From contig NIVC01001664.1 of assembly GCA_002269645.1 (NCBI GenBank), positions 62,001 to 126,000 of the forward strand: DNA of 64,000 bases, read 5' to 3'. This DNA is from Macrostomum lignano (lineage: Eukaryota). A program made the position numbers and the translations under genes. The notes under the pieces are model-generated. The model did not search any database and had not been told where the DNA came from. It saw nothing but the letters and a program-made list of their open reading frames with translations. Shown here in pieces: positions 24,401-35,760 of the stretch (positions are counted from its first letter, which is position 1; the number at the start of each line of letters is the position of its first letter).

Positions 24401-27185
24401 TCCCCAAGCCCGGCCGACCGGACTACCGGTCCATTAAATCCTTCAGACCAATTAGCCTCACCTCCTCATTGGTGAAGCTGTTGGAGAGACTGGTGCTTTG
24501 GCGCCTCCTCTCTGTGGAACTAAAGAACAAGCCGCTCAGTGAGAACCAGCACGCCTTTCGGGTAGGCAGGTCCACGGAGAGCGCGCTTCACGTTTTGGTT
24601 GACATGCTGGAGAAAGCCGTTCTTGGTAATGGCTACGCTCTCGCTGTCTTCCTCGACATTGTTGGAGCCTTCGATAATGTCCTCTTTGAGGCTTTTGACA
24701 GAGCTCTACGTGCTAGAGGAACCCACTCGCACCTCACTCGGTGGATCATGTATATGATCAGCCACCGTACTGCCACCGCACACCTGTTGGGCCACCAACG
24801 GACGGTTACCGTCTGCAAAGGCAGCCCCCAGGGCGGTGTCCTCTCTCCAGTTCTCTGGAACATGGTCATCGATGAGCTCCTCCAGGACAGCCATCTTGAC
24901 CCCATCCTTAAGGTCGGTTACGCCGATGATGTCACAGCCGTGGCATCCGGACCGTCACCTGAAACCCTTAGGGATCTTCTGCAAAACTTTATTTACTCTG
25001 CTGAACGATGGGCGGACAGGTGCGGCCTCAGGCTCTCTGAGACCAAAACTGTCGCGATCATGTTCACCAGCAGGGTAAACTGGCGTATTCGCCCACTAAA
25101 GCTTTACGGGGTGGAAATTCCATCCTGCAAGCAAACCAAGTGTCTCGGCGTGACGCTGGACCATCGGCTGAGCTGGTCCACCCACGTCCAGGCCAAAACC
25201 AAAAAAGCCCTCGCGATTCTTGCGCAGCTGCGCAGAGCCGTCGGCACCACCTGGGGCCTCACCCCGAAACGGCTCTGGTGGATCTATACCGCAATGGTCC
25301 GACCGGCCGTTACTTACGCCCGCCTGGTCTGGACCAGCGCCTTGCAGATTAAAACCTGCCACGAAGCCCTCAAAAAGGTGCAGGGACGTGCATGCCGCAT
25401 GATCCTGAATGCCCCGCTCTCTGCTCCCTTTGACGGCCTCAACGCCTTTCTTTGCCTTCCGCCTCTGGACATCTTTGTCCGTCGCGAGGCTGCTAAAACG
25501 ACCCGCCGGCTCATCGAGGCTGGCGTTAGCTTCAAGCCACAAAGAGCGATGGCGAAGCGCAAGCTCCTGCCGCACTCTGACCTGTGCATTAAAGTTCTGG
25601 AGGAGAGTGGGAGTGCGGCTGTCCTGTCGGACGCTGAGCCGCGCTCCCTCAATCTCTACCAACGCTTCAAGGTCACTATCCCCTCCAGGGAGAACGCCAA
25701 CGACAGCTGGGCCCCTCAGGAGGTTCACTGCTTTACTGACGGATCCTCCAAAGACGGTTTATCCGGCTTTGGAGTCTGCATCCTTATCAACGGCCGCGTG
25801 ATTGCTACTCACGCCCAACACACTGGCAGACTCTCCAGCGTCTTCCAGAGTGAAGTCCTTGCTATCAGCTCCTGTGCAGCTGAACTCCACTGCAAGGACT
25901 TCAAGGACAGAAGAATCTTCTTCCACTCTGACAGCCAGGCCGCTTTACAGGCCCTGTGTCACACCACTACGAACTCCCGAACAGTCCGCGACTGTATCGG
26001 GCAGCTCAACAAGCTGGCTCGGAGGAACACCGTCCGGCTTACGTGGATCCCAGGACACGCCGGCTTTAAAGGTGAAGACGCCAAGCACTTCGTCTGCTAC
26101 TGCCCGGCCTTCAACCGAGACCGGCTCAACCACCTCGGGCCCAACCCGTCCCTGGACGACGTTTGCCGGCCCGAGAACATCCCACGGCTCATCCGGTTCC
26201 TCCGGGCCACCAAGCGAGCCTCCGTCTTCCTCACCGAAGACAACGCTGCAGACAGGACCGGCAGACCTCCCTGACCGGCCCGCGCCCTAGCCTATGCGGG
26301 TCTTTCAGGGATTAGCGGAATGGGCGACGCTCGCCTCCCCGCTGCGTCTTCGGACCGCCCTGCAGCTAAGTCAAAGTAAGTCAAGGATAACCATCTATTT
26401 CCACAAACTCTGCGAACGGAAGTCCTACGTATTCAACGAAGCAGAATCGCGGTGTCAACTATCTTGTTCGATTCATGCATAACTTGAGCGAGAAGGCTGG
26501 GCTATCAAAGATGTATTCCAACCATTGCACCAGGTAGTACGACTAATTTTTTTGATCTCGAAAATAACAGATTTTAGATCTTTAATTTATGAGAGAAACA
26601 TTGTAAACTACATGCATTAGTAATTTAACATCATTAATCATATTTTCTTAGGGTCACCAGGATTACGGATCTAGAGGCCGCGGGACATAGCATGGCCGAC
26701 ATTATGTCCATCACCGGCCAGACATCTGAACGAACGGCACGCAGGTACCTTACAAAACGTCGGGACCGATCTCTGCAAGCGAGCAGCTCTGCTGTGACAT
26801 TGGCATTGGCACTGCAAACTAAAGAAGAAGAAGTTAAAGTTGACCAGGCCGGACACGTAGGACCAAGCAATTCTGGGGCCAGTGAGCTTGATGTCAATGT
26901 GGTGTCAAACATGCAAATCACCGGCGTTAATCAGGAAAATCTGGCGACGGCGAAGTTTAGCTTTAACAACTGCACCTTCTCCGAATGCAAAATCGTTTGA
27001 TAAATAAGACAGCTAATGATATGAAGCTTAATACGACTTGATAGGAATTTACCATAAATAATTTAAAATAAATTGTTGCTTCGTTTGTCTGGTTTGCCCT
27101 TTACATTAAAATAGCTGTTTGTCTTACAGTTAATGATCGGTCATTAATCAGAGGACATTAACGTGAAGTGACATTTCGATCAATG
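21461..27185 (+). mobile_element. Crypton (tyrosine recombinase, DUF3504-type) DNA transposon, about 2.0 kb, degenerate, split by a LINE
   Basis: FYFKLKKQEGSVYSPATLICIRAGIQRFL, EFRSSNEML, ERGQEHLQHLT, LSEKAGLSKMYSNHCTR | intron 26534-26651 | ITDLEAAGHSMADIMSITGQTSERTARRYL, and FSFNNCTF. Several frameshifts. Subterminal palindromes at both ends. Confidence 0.82.
22657..26381 (+). mobile_element. Non-LTR retrotransposon, R1/LOA-like (APE-RT-RNase H), frameshifted and internally deleted
   Basis: ORF2 from ATG 23233: LQVNLQHS, IQEPW, GDINAHH, SDH; RT PQGGVLSP and YADD; RNase H FTDGS, SDSQAAL, WIPGH. 7-bp TSD caaggat (22650-22656 / 26382-26388). TAAGTCAAG-type tail. Confidence 0.93.
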
Positions 27186-27456
27186 CCACTCTATGCTTGA
27201 GAAGTGCCCAATTATAATAATTGCAACAGCGTTCAACAATATGAAAGCAATTTCATTGTTCCTGACCTGAGTCCAAAAGAGAGCAGCCGCTCGTGAAGGC
27301 CATTGCGAAAAAAGAAAAATAACAACTTGCGGAAAAACGTGCCGAGTTTATCTGCATAAATACGAGACGCCTGATAGAGCAGAACTCAACCAACAGCAAA
27401 CGAGATATCTCTCAGCTTCTCAGCTTCATCAGGCTACACAACTCAACAAAGCAAGC

Positions 27457-27728
27457 ATGAGATGGCAGTTCGTTCTCGGACTCCTGCTGTGCGCGCTCTG
27501 GCCGCCGCCAGACCCAGCCAGGAGATGTCGGAGGAGGACGCGGAGTCGATGGCGGCTCTGGAGGATCTGGCGGGCTTGGACAAGCCGGAAATGACCGAGG
27601 AGAAGGCCGCTGAGCTGGAGAAGAAGTGGCGCATGCGTCACCGCATCCACTTCAGGTGGAGGCGGGTGTACGGCGTGGTCCACAGGGTCTACAGGGGGTA
27701 CCGGCGCATCATCTGCGGAAAGCGCTGA
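27457..27728 (+). CDS. Cationic peptide precursor copy D (90 aa after restoring one G near 27495); frameshifted as assembled
   Basis: ATG 27457. gcgcg(g)ctctg lacks one G relative to paralogs. Mature WRMRHRIHFRWRRVYGVVHRVYRGYRRIIC, then GKR*. Confidence 0.8.
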
Positions 27729-28467
27729 AACTCAAGCAGACTCTCTGCAAAACAAGCTGAGCCGGACCTGTCTAAACTCGAGTAGTGACTCGAACCACGA
27801 AAAACAGCACAAATTTGTTACCCTTCAATATGTAATTTCAATATTCTAAATGTATATTAAGCTGCATTAAATACAACGGTCCACAATTATCGATCATCAA
27901 TAAAAATTATGATCATCTCTTTTTATCGGTCAATCGGCCGCGAACTTTATTGATCAAAATTTTTCAAGGATGGAAGTCTTATATTTGTTCCTATGACGGT
28001 ATTGAATTAACTTAGCGAGCATTTTTGCTGCATTTTTGATATTTGTTGGCCGCTGAAATTTCATAAACAGATTGCCGGCCAATGTAGAGCTGGGCTCAGT
28101 GCCAACTGGGAACAGAGGTAACTATAGATTTGGCCTGGCTGCGAAGTTTGACAACCTTGAAGAATGCCAGGTAAGCAAGCAAACTTTAACTCACATCATA
28201 AGATTCATCACTCCACTGCCACGGTCGCCGACCAACCAAATAGTGGGCGCTTCCTGCCAGGGGACGAGACTGAGCTACCATTCAGGTTGCTCGGCTGAGG
28301 AGTGGCCACTCAAAGCTCTCCACACAGCACAACTCAACTGCTCAACTGCCCGGCCAACAACTCCGACCTGGAGGTCATCGACCTCTGGCAGCGGCCAGTG
28401 AAGGCCGCCGGTTTCCTCTGCCTTCTTGATCAATCTACTGAGCAATGGTCAAACAGACACACATACA

Positions 28468-29045
28468 CACACTCACTCACTCACCCACCCACTCACACAC
28501 TCACTCACTCACCCACCCACTCATTCACTCACTCACTCACTCACTCACTCACTCACTCACTCACTCACTCACTCACTCACTCACTCACTCACTCACTCAC
28601 TCACTCACTCACTCACTCACTCACTCACTCACTCACTCACTGCCAGGCACAGACAGGAAAAACAGGCACAGACAGGCACAGACTGGCATGTGGACTGGAA
28701 CAGACTAGCACACACTGGCAGAGACTGGCACAGACAGGCACAGACTGGCAGAGACTGGCACAGACTGGCACAGATTGGCACAGACTGGCAGAGACTGGCA
28801 CAGACTGGCACAGATTGGCACAGACTGGCACAGACTGGCACAGATTGGCACAGACTGGCACAGACTGGCACACACTGGCACACACTGACACAGATTGGCA
28901 CAGACTGGCACACACTGGCAGAGACTGGCACAGACTGGCACAGACTGGCACAAACTGGCACAGACTGGCACAGACAGGCACAGACAGGCACAGACTGGCA
29001 CAGACTGGCACAGACTGGCACAGACAGGCACAGACAGGCACAGAC
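28468..29045. repeat. (ACTC)n microsatellite followed by the reverse-complement decamer array
   Basis: Read directly; mirror of 31336-31810. Confidence 0.96.
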
Positions 29046-30593
29046 TGCTGCTTTGCTAGCTCCTCTTAGGTAGCTGCTGCAGAAGTGACAATGTACCATA
29101 TCACCCTGTTGAGGCTGGAAAGCCAATGCTTTGGCTTTGTATTTATCGTGTGACAGCTCCAGAGAACTGATGACCGTGGTCTCCCACAATGCATTGAGTC
29201 AGGGTGCCCTCAGCTCTTGCATTCGTACAGGTAAAAAACTCAATAAAATAGGAGCATTATATCGTACCAAGGTTAATACGATTATGAGATCCGTTCGTAA
29301 TTCAGACTGGAAACTGAACTGCAAAAGCTATAAGCAAATCATAAAGGAATTCAATTCGATAGGAAATTTCCGAGCAGAACCAGTCGAAGCAGATTGAATC
29401 GAATCAGATTGCAGTTCCATGCAGTTCTTCTCAGTAAGCATCAATAATGCAACTGCCATAGCGTCGAGGCCGGTAGGCTGAGACGCGGTAAGGCAGTTGT
29501 GTGTTAGGCGTGAACTCTCGATACACTGTAGTGGAATTGTGTCTAGTTTCGTCCAAAAACCAATTCAAAAAAGCTAGGACACAACTTCCCAGACGGGAAT
29601 TGTTCACTAAGCGATTCTAGGGATTTGTGTCATAGGCATTTTCCACTTGGCGCAAGCCAAATGATGGCCATAGACTAAACGTATGTGGCCATTTAACCTT
29701 CATTTAAATGTTAAATGAATTGCGGTCTTATAAGCTGGAACTCTGCAGCAGAGGGTACATGTTCCTGTTTCCTCCGTTTGCCCTAACCTCTATTCATGCC
29801 ACTCATACGAATGATAAATTGGTCGAATTTGCTGATTGAAAGCATTGACGGCTTGAATGGAAATGAGGTCAACTTTCTCAGCGACTTGAGTATGGGTGGA
29901 CGTGATGAGGCGGATGACAAAGAGTTGATGGAGTTCATCCGATTCATTGAATGCGGTACCGATGATGCTCTGCCAACACTGCCAAGCAAAGAAGAGGCTT
30001 GCCCTGAGGATTCCATGCGGAACAAGCCGTGCGATTCGGCCGATGTGAGTGTAATTATTGTCGATTATAGCTCTACTCATCGATTATTGCGGAACAATTG
30101 GTCTACGTTTCATTATGCCCACGTTACGGCCGTTTTCGTACATGTATACAATCTGTTTATTCGGCTTTATTGTATTGAATAAAAAATATCCTCGCAAACG
30201 CATTGATACAGGAATATACAGATTGCTTATCTGCAAATAGGTATATCCAAATATAACCCGTTGGGAATATCCAAAGATGGGGGCGGCTTGACCATAGACT
30301 ATTCGCAGATAAGCAATCTGTTGTATTCCTGTTTCGATGCCTGAAAGGCGCGCAAAAATTTACTTAGTTCACAATTTCCGTCGACGCAATCGTTTGTGGC
30401 CCAAACGAAACTAGACACAATCTACCATTGTGTGGTATGCAATTGAGTTGAATAATGGCCAAAACACGAGTGCGCGTAGCGCACGTATGTCTATGGCCAT
30501 TATTCAACGAAGTTACGAGTACATACCATACAAGTGCATTGTATTTATGCTTTTACCCCGGCACCATGTCGTTATTCCACACTTTTTGGCGGC

Positions 30594-30763
30594 CATTGAT
30601 CGAAATGTCACTTCACGTTAATGTCCTCTGATTAATGACCGGTCATTAACTGTAAGACAAGCAGCAATTTTAATGTAAAGGGCAAACCAGACAAACGCTA
30701 CGCGCACTCGTACCCTTGGCCATTAGCTAACTTGAATTTGTCCTTCATATTAACCTACCATTT
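30594..30763 (-). mobile_element. 170-bp internally deleted mini-Crypton (both termini joined)
   Basis: 30594-30697 is the reverse complement of about 27080-27185. About 30705-30763 is the reverse complement of about 21461-21515. Confidence 0.8.
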
Positions 30764-31335
30764 ACCGCAGCTACTGTCACCCATTTTGGCATTGTATTTC
30801 CCTGCAAAGCTTCGCGGAATGCAAGCCGTGTTTACATAGCCAGAAATCTTGCCATGCCACATCAGATAGCAATTTGCTCTTATTGTGGCCCTGAGTTCGT
30901 CGGCACTGCAAGTTCAGATGAAATTGCACTGCATTATTGATGCTTACTGAGAAGAACTGCATGGAACTGCAATCTGATTCGATTCAATCTGCTTCGACTG
31001 GTTCTGCTCGGAAATTTCCTATCGAATTGAATTCCTTTATGATTTGCTTATAGCTTTTGCAGTTCAGTTTCCAGTCTGAATTACGAACGGATCTCATAAT
31101 CGTATTAACCTTGGTACGATATAATGCTCCTATTTTATTGAGTTTTTTACCTGTACGAATGCAAGAGCTGAGGGCACCCTGACTCAATGCATTGTGGGAG
31201 ACCACGGTCATCAGTTCCATGGAGCTGTCACACGATAAATACAAAGCCAAAGCATTGGCTTTCCAGCCTCAACAGGGTGATATGGTACATTGTCACTTCT
31301 GCAGCAGCTACCTAAGGGCAGCTAGGAAAGCAGCA

Positions 31336-31810
31336 GTCTGTGCCTGTCTGTGCCTGTCTGTGCCAGTCTGTGACAGTCTGTGCCAATCTGTGCCTGCCTG
31401 TGCCTGCCTGTGCCTGTCTGTGCCTGTCTGTGCCAGTTTGTGCCAGTCTGTGCCAGTGTGTGCCTGTCTGTGCCTGTCTGTGCTAGTCTGTGCCAGTCTG
31501 TGCCAGTGTGTGCCTGTCTGTGCCTGTCTGTGCCTGTCTGTGCCAGTCTCTGCCAGTCTGTGCCAATATGTGCCTGTATGTGCCTGTCTGTGCCTGTCTG
31601 TGCCAATCTGTTCCAGAGTGAGTGAGAGTGAGTGAGTGAGTGAGTGAGTGAGTGAGTGAGTGAGTGAGTGGGTCGGTGAGTGAGTGAGTGAGTGAGTGAG
31701 TGAGTGAGTGAGTGAGTGAGTGAGTGAGTGAGTGAGTGAGTGAGTGAGTGAATGAGTGGGTGGGTGAGTGAGTGAGTGTGTGAGTGGGTGGGTGAGTGAG
31801 TGAGTGTGTG
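31336..31810. repeat. Decamer array plus (GAGT)n microsatellite
   Basis: Read directly. Confidence 0.96.
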
Positions 31811-31993
31811 TATGTGTGTCTGTTTGACCATTGCTCAGTAGATTGATCAAGAAGGCAGAGGAAACCGGCGGCCTTCACTGGCCGCTGCCAGAGGTCGATG
31901 ACCTCCAGGTCGGAGTTGTTGGCCGGGCAGTTGAGCAGTTGAGTTGTGCTGTGTGGAGAGCTTTGAGTGGCCACTCCTCAGCCGAGCAACCTG

Positions 31994-34943
31994 CAAGGAC
32001 TACTTAACAACTCAGGACGCTACACTCGCGAATGGTAGAAATTCTAGAAAAGGCCGCTTGCTTTAGCTGTGTCTATGGCAATGAAGCCTTTTCACTAACA
32101 TTCTTTCATATTCTCAATGCTGGTTCAGACCAGCACTGCTGGTTTGTAGCAATAATTTGTTTCGTCTAAAATCTTGATAAATAGCAACACTCTTTTTCAT
32201 CAAAATGCCAATGAAGTGCTGCATCCCTGGATGCAGAAGCAATTATAAGAGCGGTGAAAAATGCACTGTTTTTGGCTTTCCAAAGGAATAAGCTGAAGCT
32301 GAGGCATGGCTCCATGCGTTGCCTGTGCAAATTAAGGTAATTTATGTAGCCTTTTGAACCTAATTTTTCGTTTTTACTATAAAGATACTTATATTAACTG
32401 AATTGTGATGATCATTCCATTCTATCTGTAGAAGGCTAGCATCTACATGGGAGTCTGCAAAAATCACTGGCCTGAAAATGCACCAATGAGACGAATTAAC
32501 CGCCATACACGCCCCATCGACCCACCCTCAATCTTTAAAGATTTTTCATTGACTTCCCTGCGTCAGACTGTCTCAAGTAAGTATGAATGGTTGTGTACTT
32601 AGTTTACTTACTAAGTTGTATCAGCCTGTTTCAAATATTTTAGGACGCTCTAGAGATGCTGGTCGGCGAGGCGTGCTGTTAGTCGACAGAGCTAGGGCCC
32701 CTGATGAATTGACTGCCTTCAATTCTGTCGACAGAATTGTCTCGTGGGCACTATTCATTACGTCAGCTTTGAGCCTGGATTTTGTTACCTCCGGAGGCTG
32801 GATTGTTCAATGTCAGGATTTGCGAGTCGATTTTTTGCTCATTCATGAGCGCACTGTTGAGTCTTCCGTTCGAGTTAAGAGCGACTTCACAGTCTTGGCG
32901 TATCGGCGCGATGTGCTTGTAAAAATTTCTGACATATTAGGTTTTCAGCACAGGCTGCAGCGCTACAGTCAGCTGGAAGCAATTGCCAACAGGACGCGGA
33001 GCTATGAAATCTCTGCAAGCTCTGCAGCTCAGTCACACATAGATGCGCTTCAGTCGATCTGTCTGGAATCATCTGATCCACGTCAGCAATATCTTCTACG
33101 CCAATTTCAGCTAAGCTTTAAACCACCCGGTGGCGCTCGGTACAACTGCATGGATATTTTGATGGCGGCTAAGATATATTTTGCTGGAAGACAAGCGTAC
33201 CGAGCTGCGAGAGAACTAGCGTGTCTGCCTCATCCAGCTACTCTAAAACGGCACATCGGCGGACTCGGTTCAGTTGGTACAGATAAAGATTGTCAGCTTA
33301 TTATTGAAGCTCATTTAAAGTGCTGCAGCCCGTTGCAGCGTATCTGCTCTATTGTCTTCGACGAAGTTTACGTGCAGCCTTCCTTACGTCTTCGTGGAGG
33401 CCACGTTATTGGATATGCAGAGGATGCACCACAAAATTTGGCAAGAACTATTCTAGCTATGATGGTTAAGCCATTTATGGGAGCTTCTGCTTTTGTCGCT
33501 CGACTCATTTCTATATACAGTCTACGACCAGAATTTTTGTACGAGCAAATCGTGCGGCTGTTAGAAATTTTGCATGGCCTCGGTGGAACAGCCATAGCCA
33601 TAATCTGCGACAATCATTTCACTAATCAAAGATGTTTCCGAAGATTTCAGCGGGAGAGTGACTCACAACCATGGAAGGCAGTGAATCCAGTAAACAAGAA
33701 TAAACCTTTGTTTCTACTATACGACAGTGTTCATTTGATGAAGAATATTCGCAACAACTGGTACACCCAATCGCACAGACAACTTGAGTTCCAGTCAATA
33801 TCAGACAGTGGAGTAACTAGTATAGCTAGATGGAATGATATTATTGAAATTGAGGAGCGATCGCGTGGTCACGTAGTTCGACCAACTACGCTCAGTCCGG
33901 TGTCTTGCCACCCGTCACCATTGGAACGACAGAAAGTTTCACTAGTGCTTGATGTGTTCAATGATAAAACGGTTGCTGCTCTTCGTTTGAATAGTCGTCT
34001 TGAAACAGCGGATTTCGTTGAAAGTGTACTAAAATTCTGGAAAATCGTAAACTGCAAGTCGCCATCTGCATACGTCCTACTTAATGACAAATATAGAGAG
34101 CCAATTAAGTTAAACGAGTGCGAAAATTTGACATTTCTACTCCAATTTGCTACTCTGATTAAAGGGATGTCAGGCGGCCGAGGAGCGGGACGATTGCGTT
34201 CACTGACGACAGAGACGCGAAACGCATTGTACCAAACTGTAAGAGGCCTTGTAGATTTAAGTAGCCATCTCATACAATATTACGGCTTTTCTTACGTGCT
34301 ACTTGGTGAGTTTGATAATAATTAACAACTGCTAGATGAATATGCACACCGTTGTTTTTTATGAAAATCGACAGTGCTTGTACTAAACCACTTCTGGGCA
34401 GCGTTGTGTTAACAGTTCCGTGCTTGTATTTGAGAAAATCTTCGAAATTTTTTTTGATGTTCAACTGGACCGAGATCTGCTGCGTGGAGTGTCTCGAAGA
34501 CTAGCCAACTCCATCTATAAAGGCATGGTGCGCAGAGATTCCGAGACGTCCAGACAATCAACCACCGTTTGCTCTCGCCGACTCCGCAAACTGAAGCCTA
34601 GCTGAATGTTTCTTTCAAACACCTGTATATTTTCAAACTTTGTTATAGCCATCTATGTTTTCCTTATACAGTTATGTACGGAGTTTTCCGGTTCGTTGCA
34701 TATCGTACTTTTCAATTGTCATTTACAATTCTTATGCTGGGAATATTTGCATATATTTATTGTTTGTATAACTGTAAAAATAATTATTATAGCGCAAAAC
34801 TTTTATAATTATCTATCACTTAGTACTTGCTTCTTTATCCAAAAGGCTTATTAAAAAACCATAGACACAGCTAAAGCAAGCGGCCTTTTCTAGAATTTCT
34901 ACCATTCGCGAGTGTAGCGTCCTGAGTTGTTAAGTAGTCCTTG
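31994..34943 (+). mobile_element. P-superfamily DNA transposon (THAP + transposase), 2950 bp, 85-bp perfect TIRs, 8-bp TSD GCAACCTG
   Basis: TIRs 31994-32078 / 34859-34943 start CAAGG. TSD at 31986-31993 / 34944-34951. Spliced THAP exons 32205-32336 (MPMKCCIPGC..FP..W, with in-frame TAA at 32289) and 32432-32576 (VCKNHW..PPSIF). Exon 32644-34305 has FDEVY, ICDN, DSVHLMKNIRNN and ERQKV. Confidence 0.95.
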
Positions 34944-35183
34944 GCAACCTGAATGGTAGCTGAGTCTCGTCCCCTGGCAGGAAATTCCCATCAATAAAGT
35001 TCGCGGTGATTAAATTTACTACCAATAGTGGGCTGTTGTATTTAATGCAGTTTAATAGAAATTTATAATATCGAATTTAGATATTGAAGGGTAGCAAATT
35101 TGTGCTGTTTTTCGTGGTTCGAGTCGCTTTTCATGTTTAGACAGGTCCGGTTCAGCTTGTTTTGCAGAGAGTTTGCTTGAGTT

Positions 35184-35471
35184 TCAGCGCTTTCCGCAGA
35201 TGATGCGCCGGTACTTCCTGTAGGCCCTGTAGACCCTGCGAGCCACGCGGTACACCCGCCTCCACCTGATGCGGATGCGACGGAGCCTCACGCGCCACTT
35301 CTTCTCCAGCTCAGCGGCCTTCTCCTCAGTCATTTCCGGCTCGTCCAAGCCCGCCAGATCCTCCAGCGCAGCCATCGACTCCGCGTCCTCCTCCGACATC
35401 TCCTTGCTGCTGGGCCTGGCGACGGCCAGAGCCGCGCACAGCAGGAGTCCGAGAACGAACTGCCACCTCAT
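35184..35471 (-). CDS. Cationic peptide precursor copy E, intact, 95 aa
   Basis: Same prepro region. Mature WRVRLRRIRIRWRRVYRVARRVYRAYRKYRRIIC, then GKR*. Confidence 0.9.
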   Translation of the reverse strand: MRWQFVLGLLLCAALAVARPSSKEMSEEDAESMAALEDLAGLDEPEMTEEKAAELEKKWRVRLRRIRIRWRRVYRVARRVYRAYRKYRRIICGKR

Positions 35472-35760
35472 GCTTGCTTAGTTGAGTTGTGTAGCCTGAT
35501 GAAGCTGAGAAGCTGAGAGATATCTCGTTTGCTGTTGGTTGAGTTCTGCTCTCTCAGGCGTCTCGTATTTATGCAGAGAAACTCGGCACGTTTTTCCGCA
35601 CTGAGCGCATAAACAACAATGCAATGAATAACACATTACATTGTTATTGGCAACCGGATTCTGAAGCAAATACTAAATTATTTTCATCAATGGCATTTGC
35701 TTTTATTCTGTGTGTGCATAGCTCTGATTCGCTGTTGACTGCTGCTGATCTTCGGCCAGT

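Noticed and set aside
17253-31250. 88-aa [13 protein letters not shown]... repeated four times
   Set aside because: It lies in the duplicated spacer, its identity reflects recent duplication, and it has no recognisable motif or expression signal.
28302-31974. HSLT/THSL and QTGTDWHRL repeat ORFs
   Set aside because: These derive from the (ACTC)n and decamer repeats.
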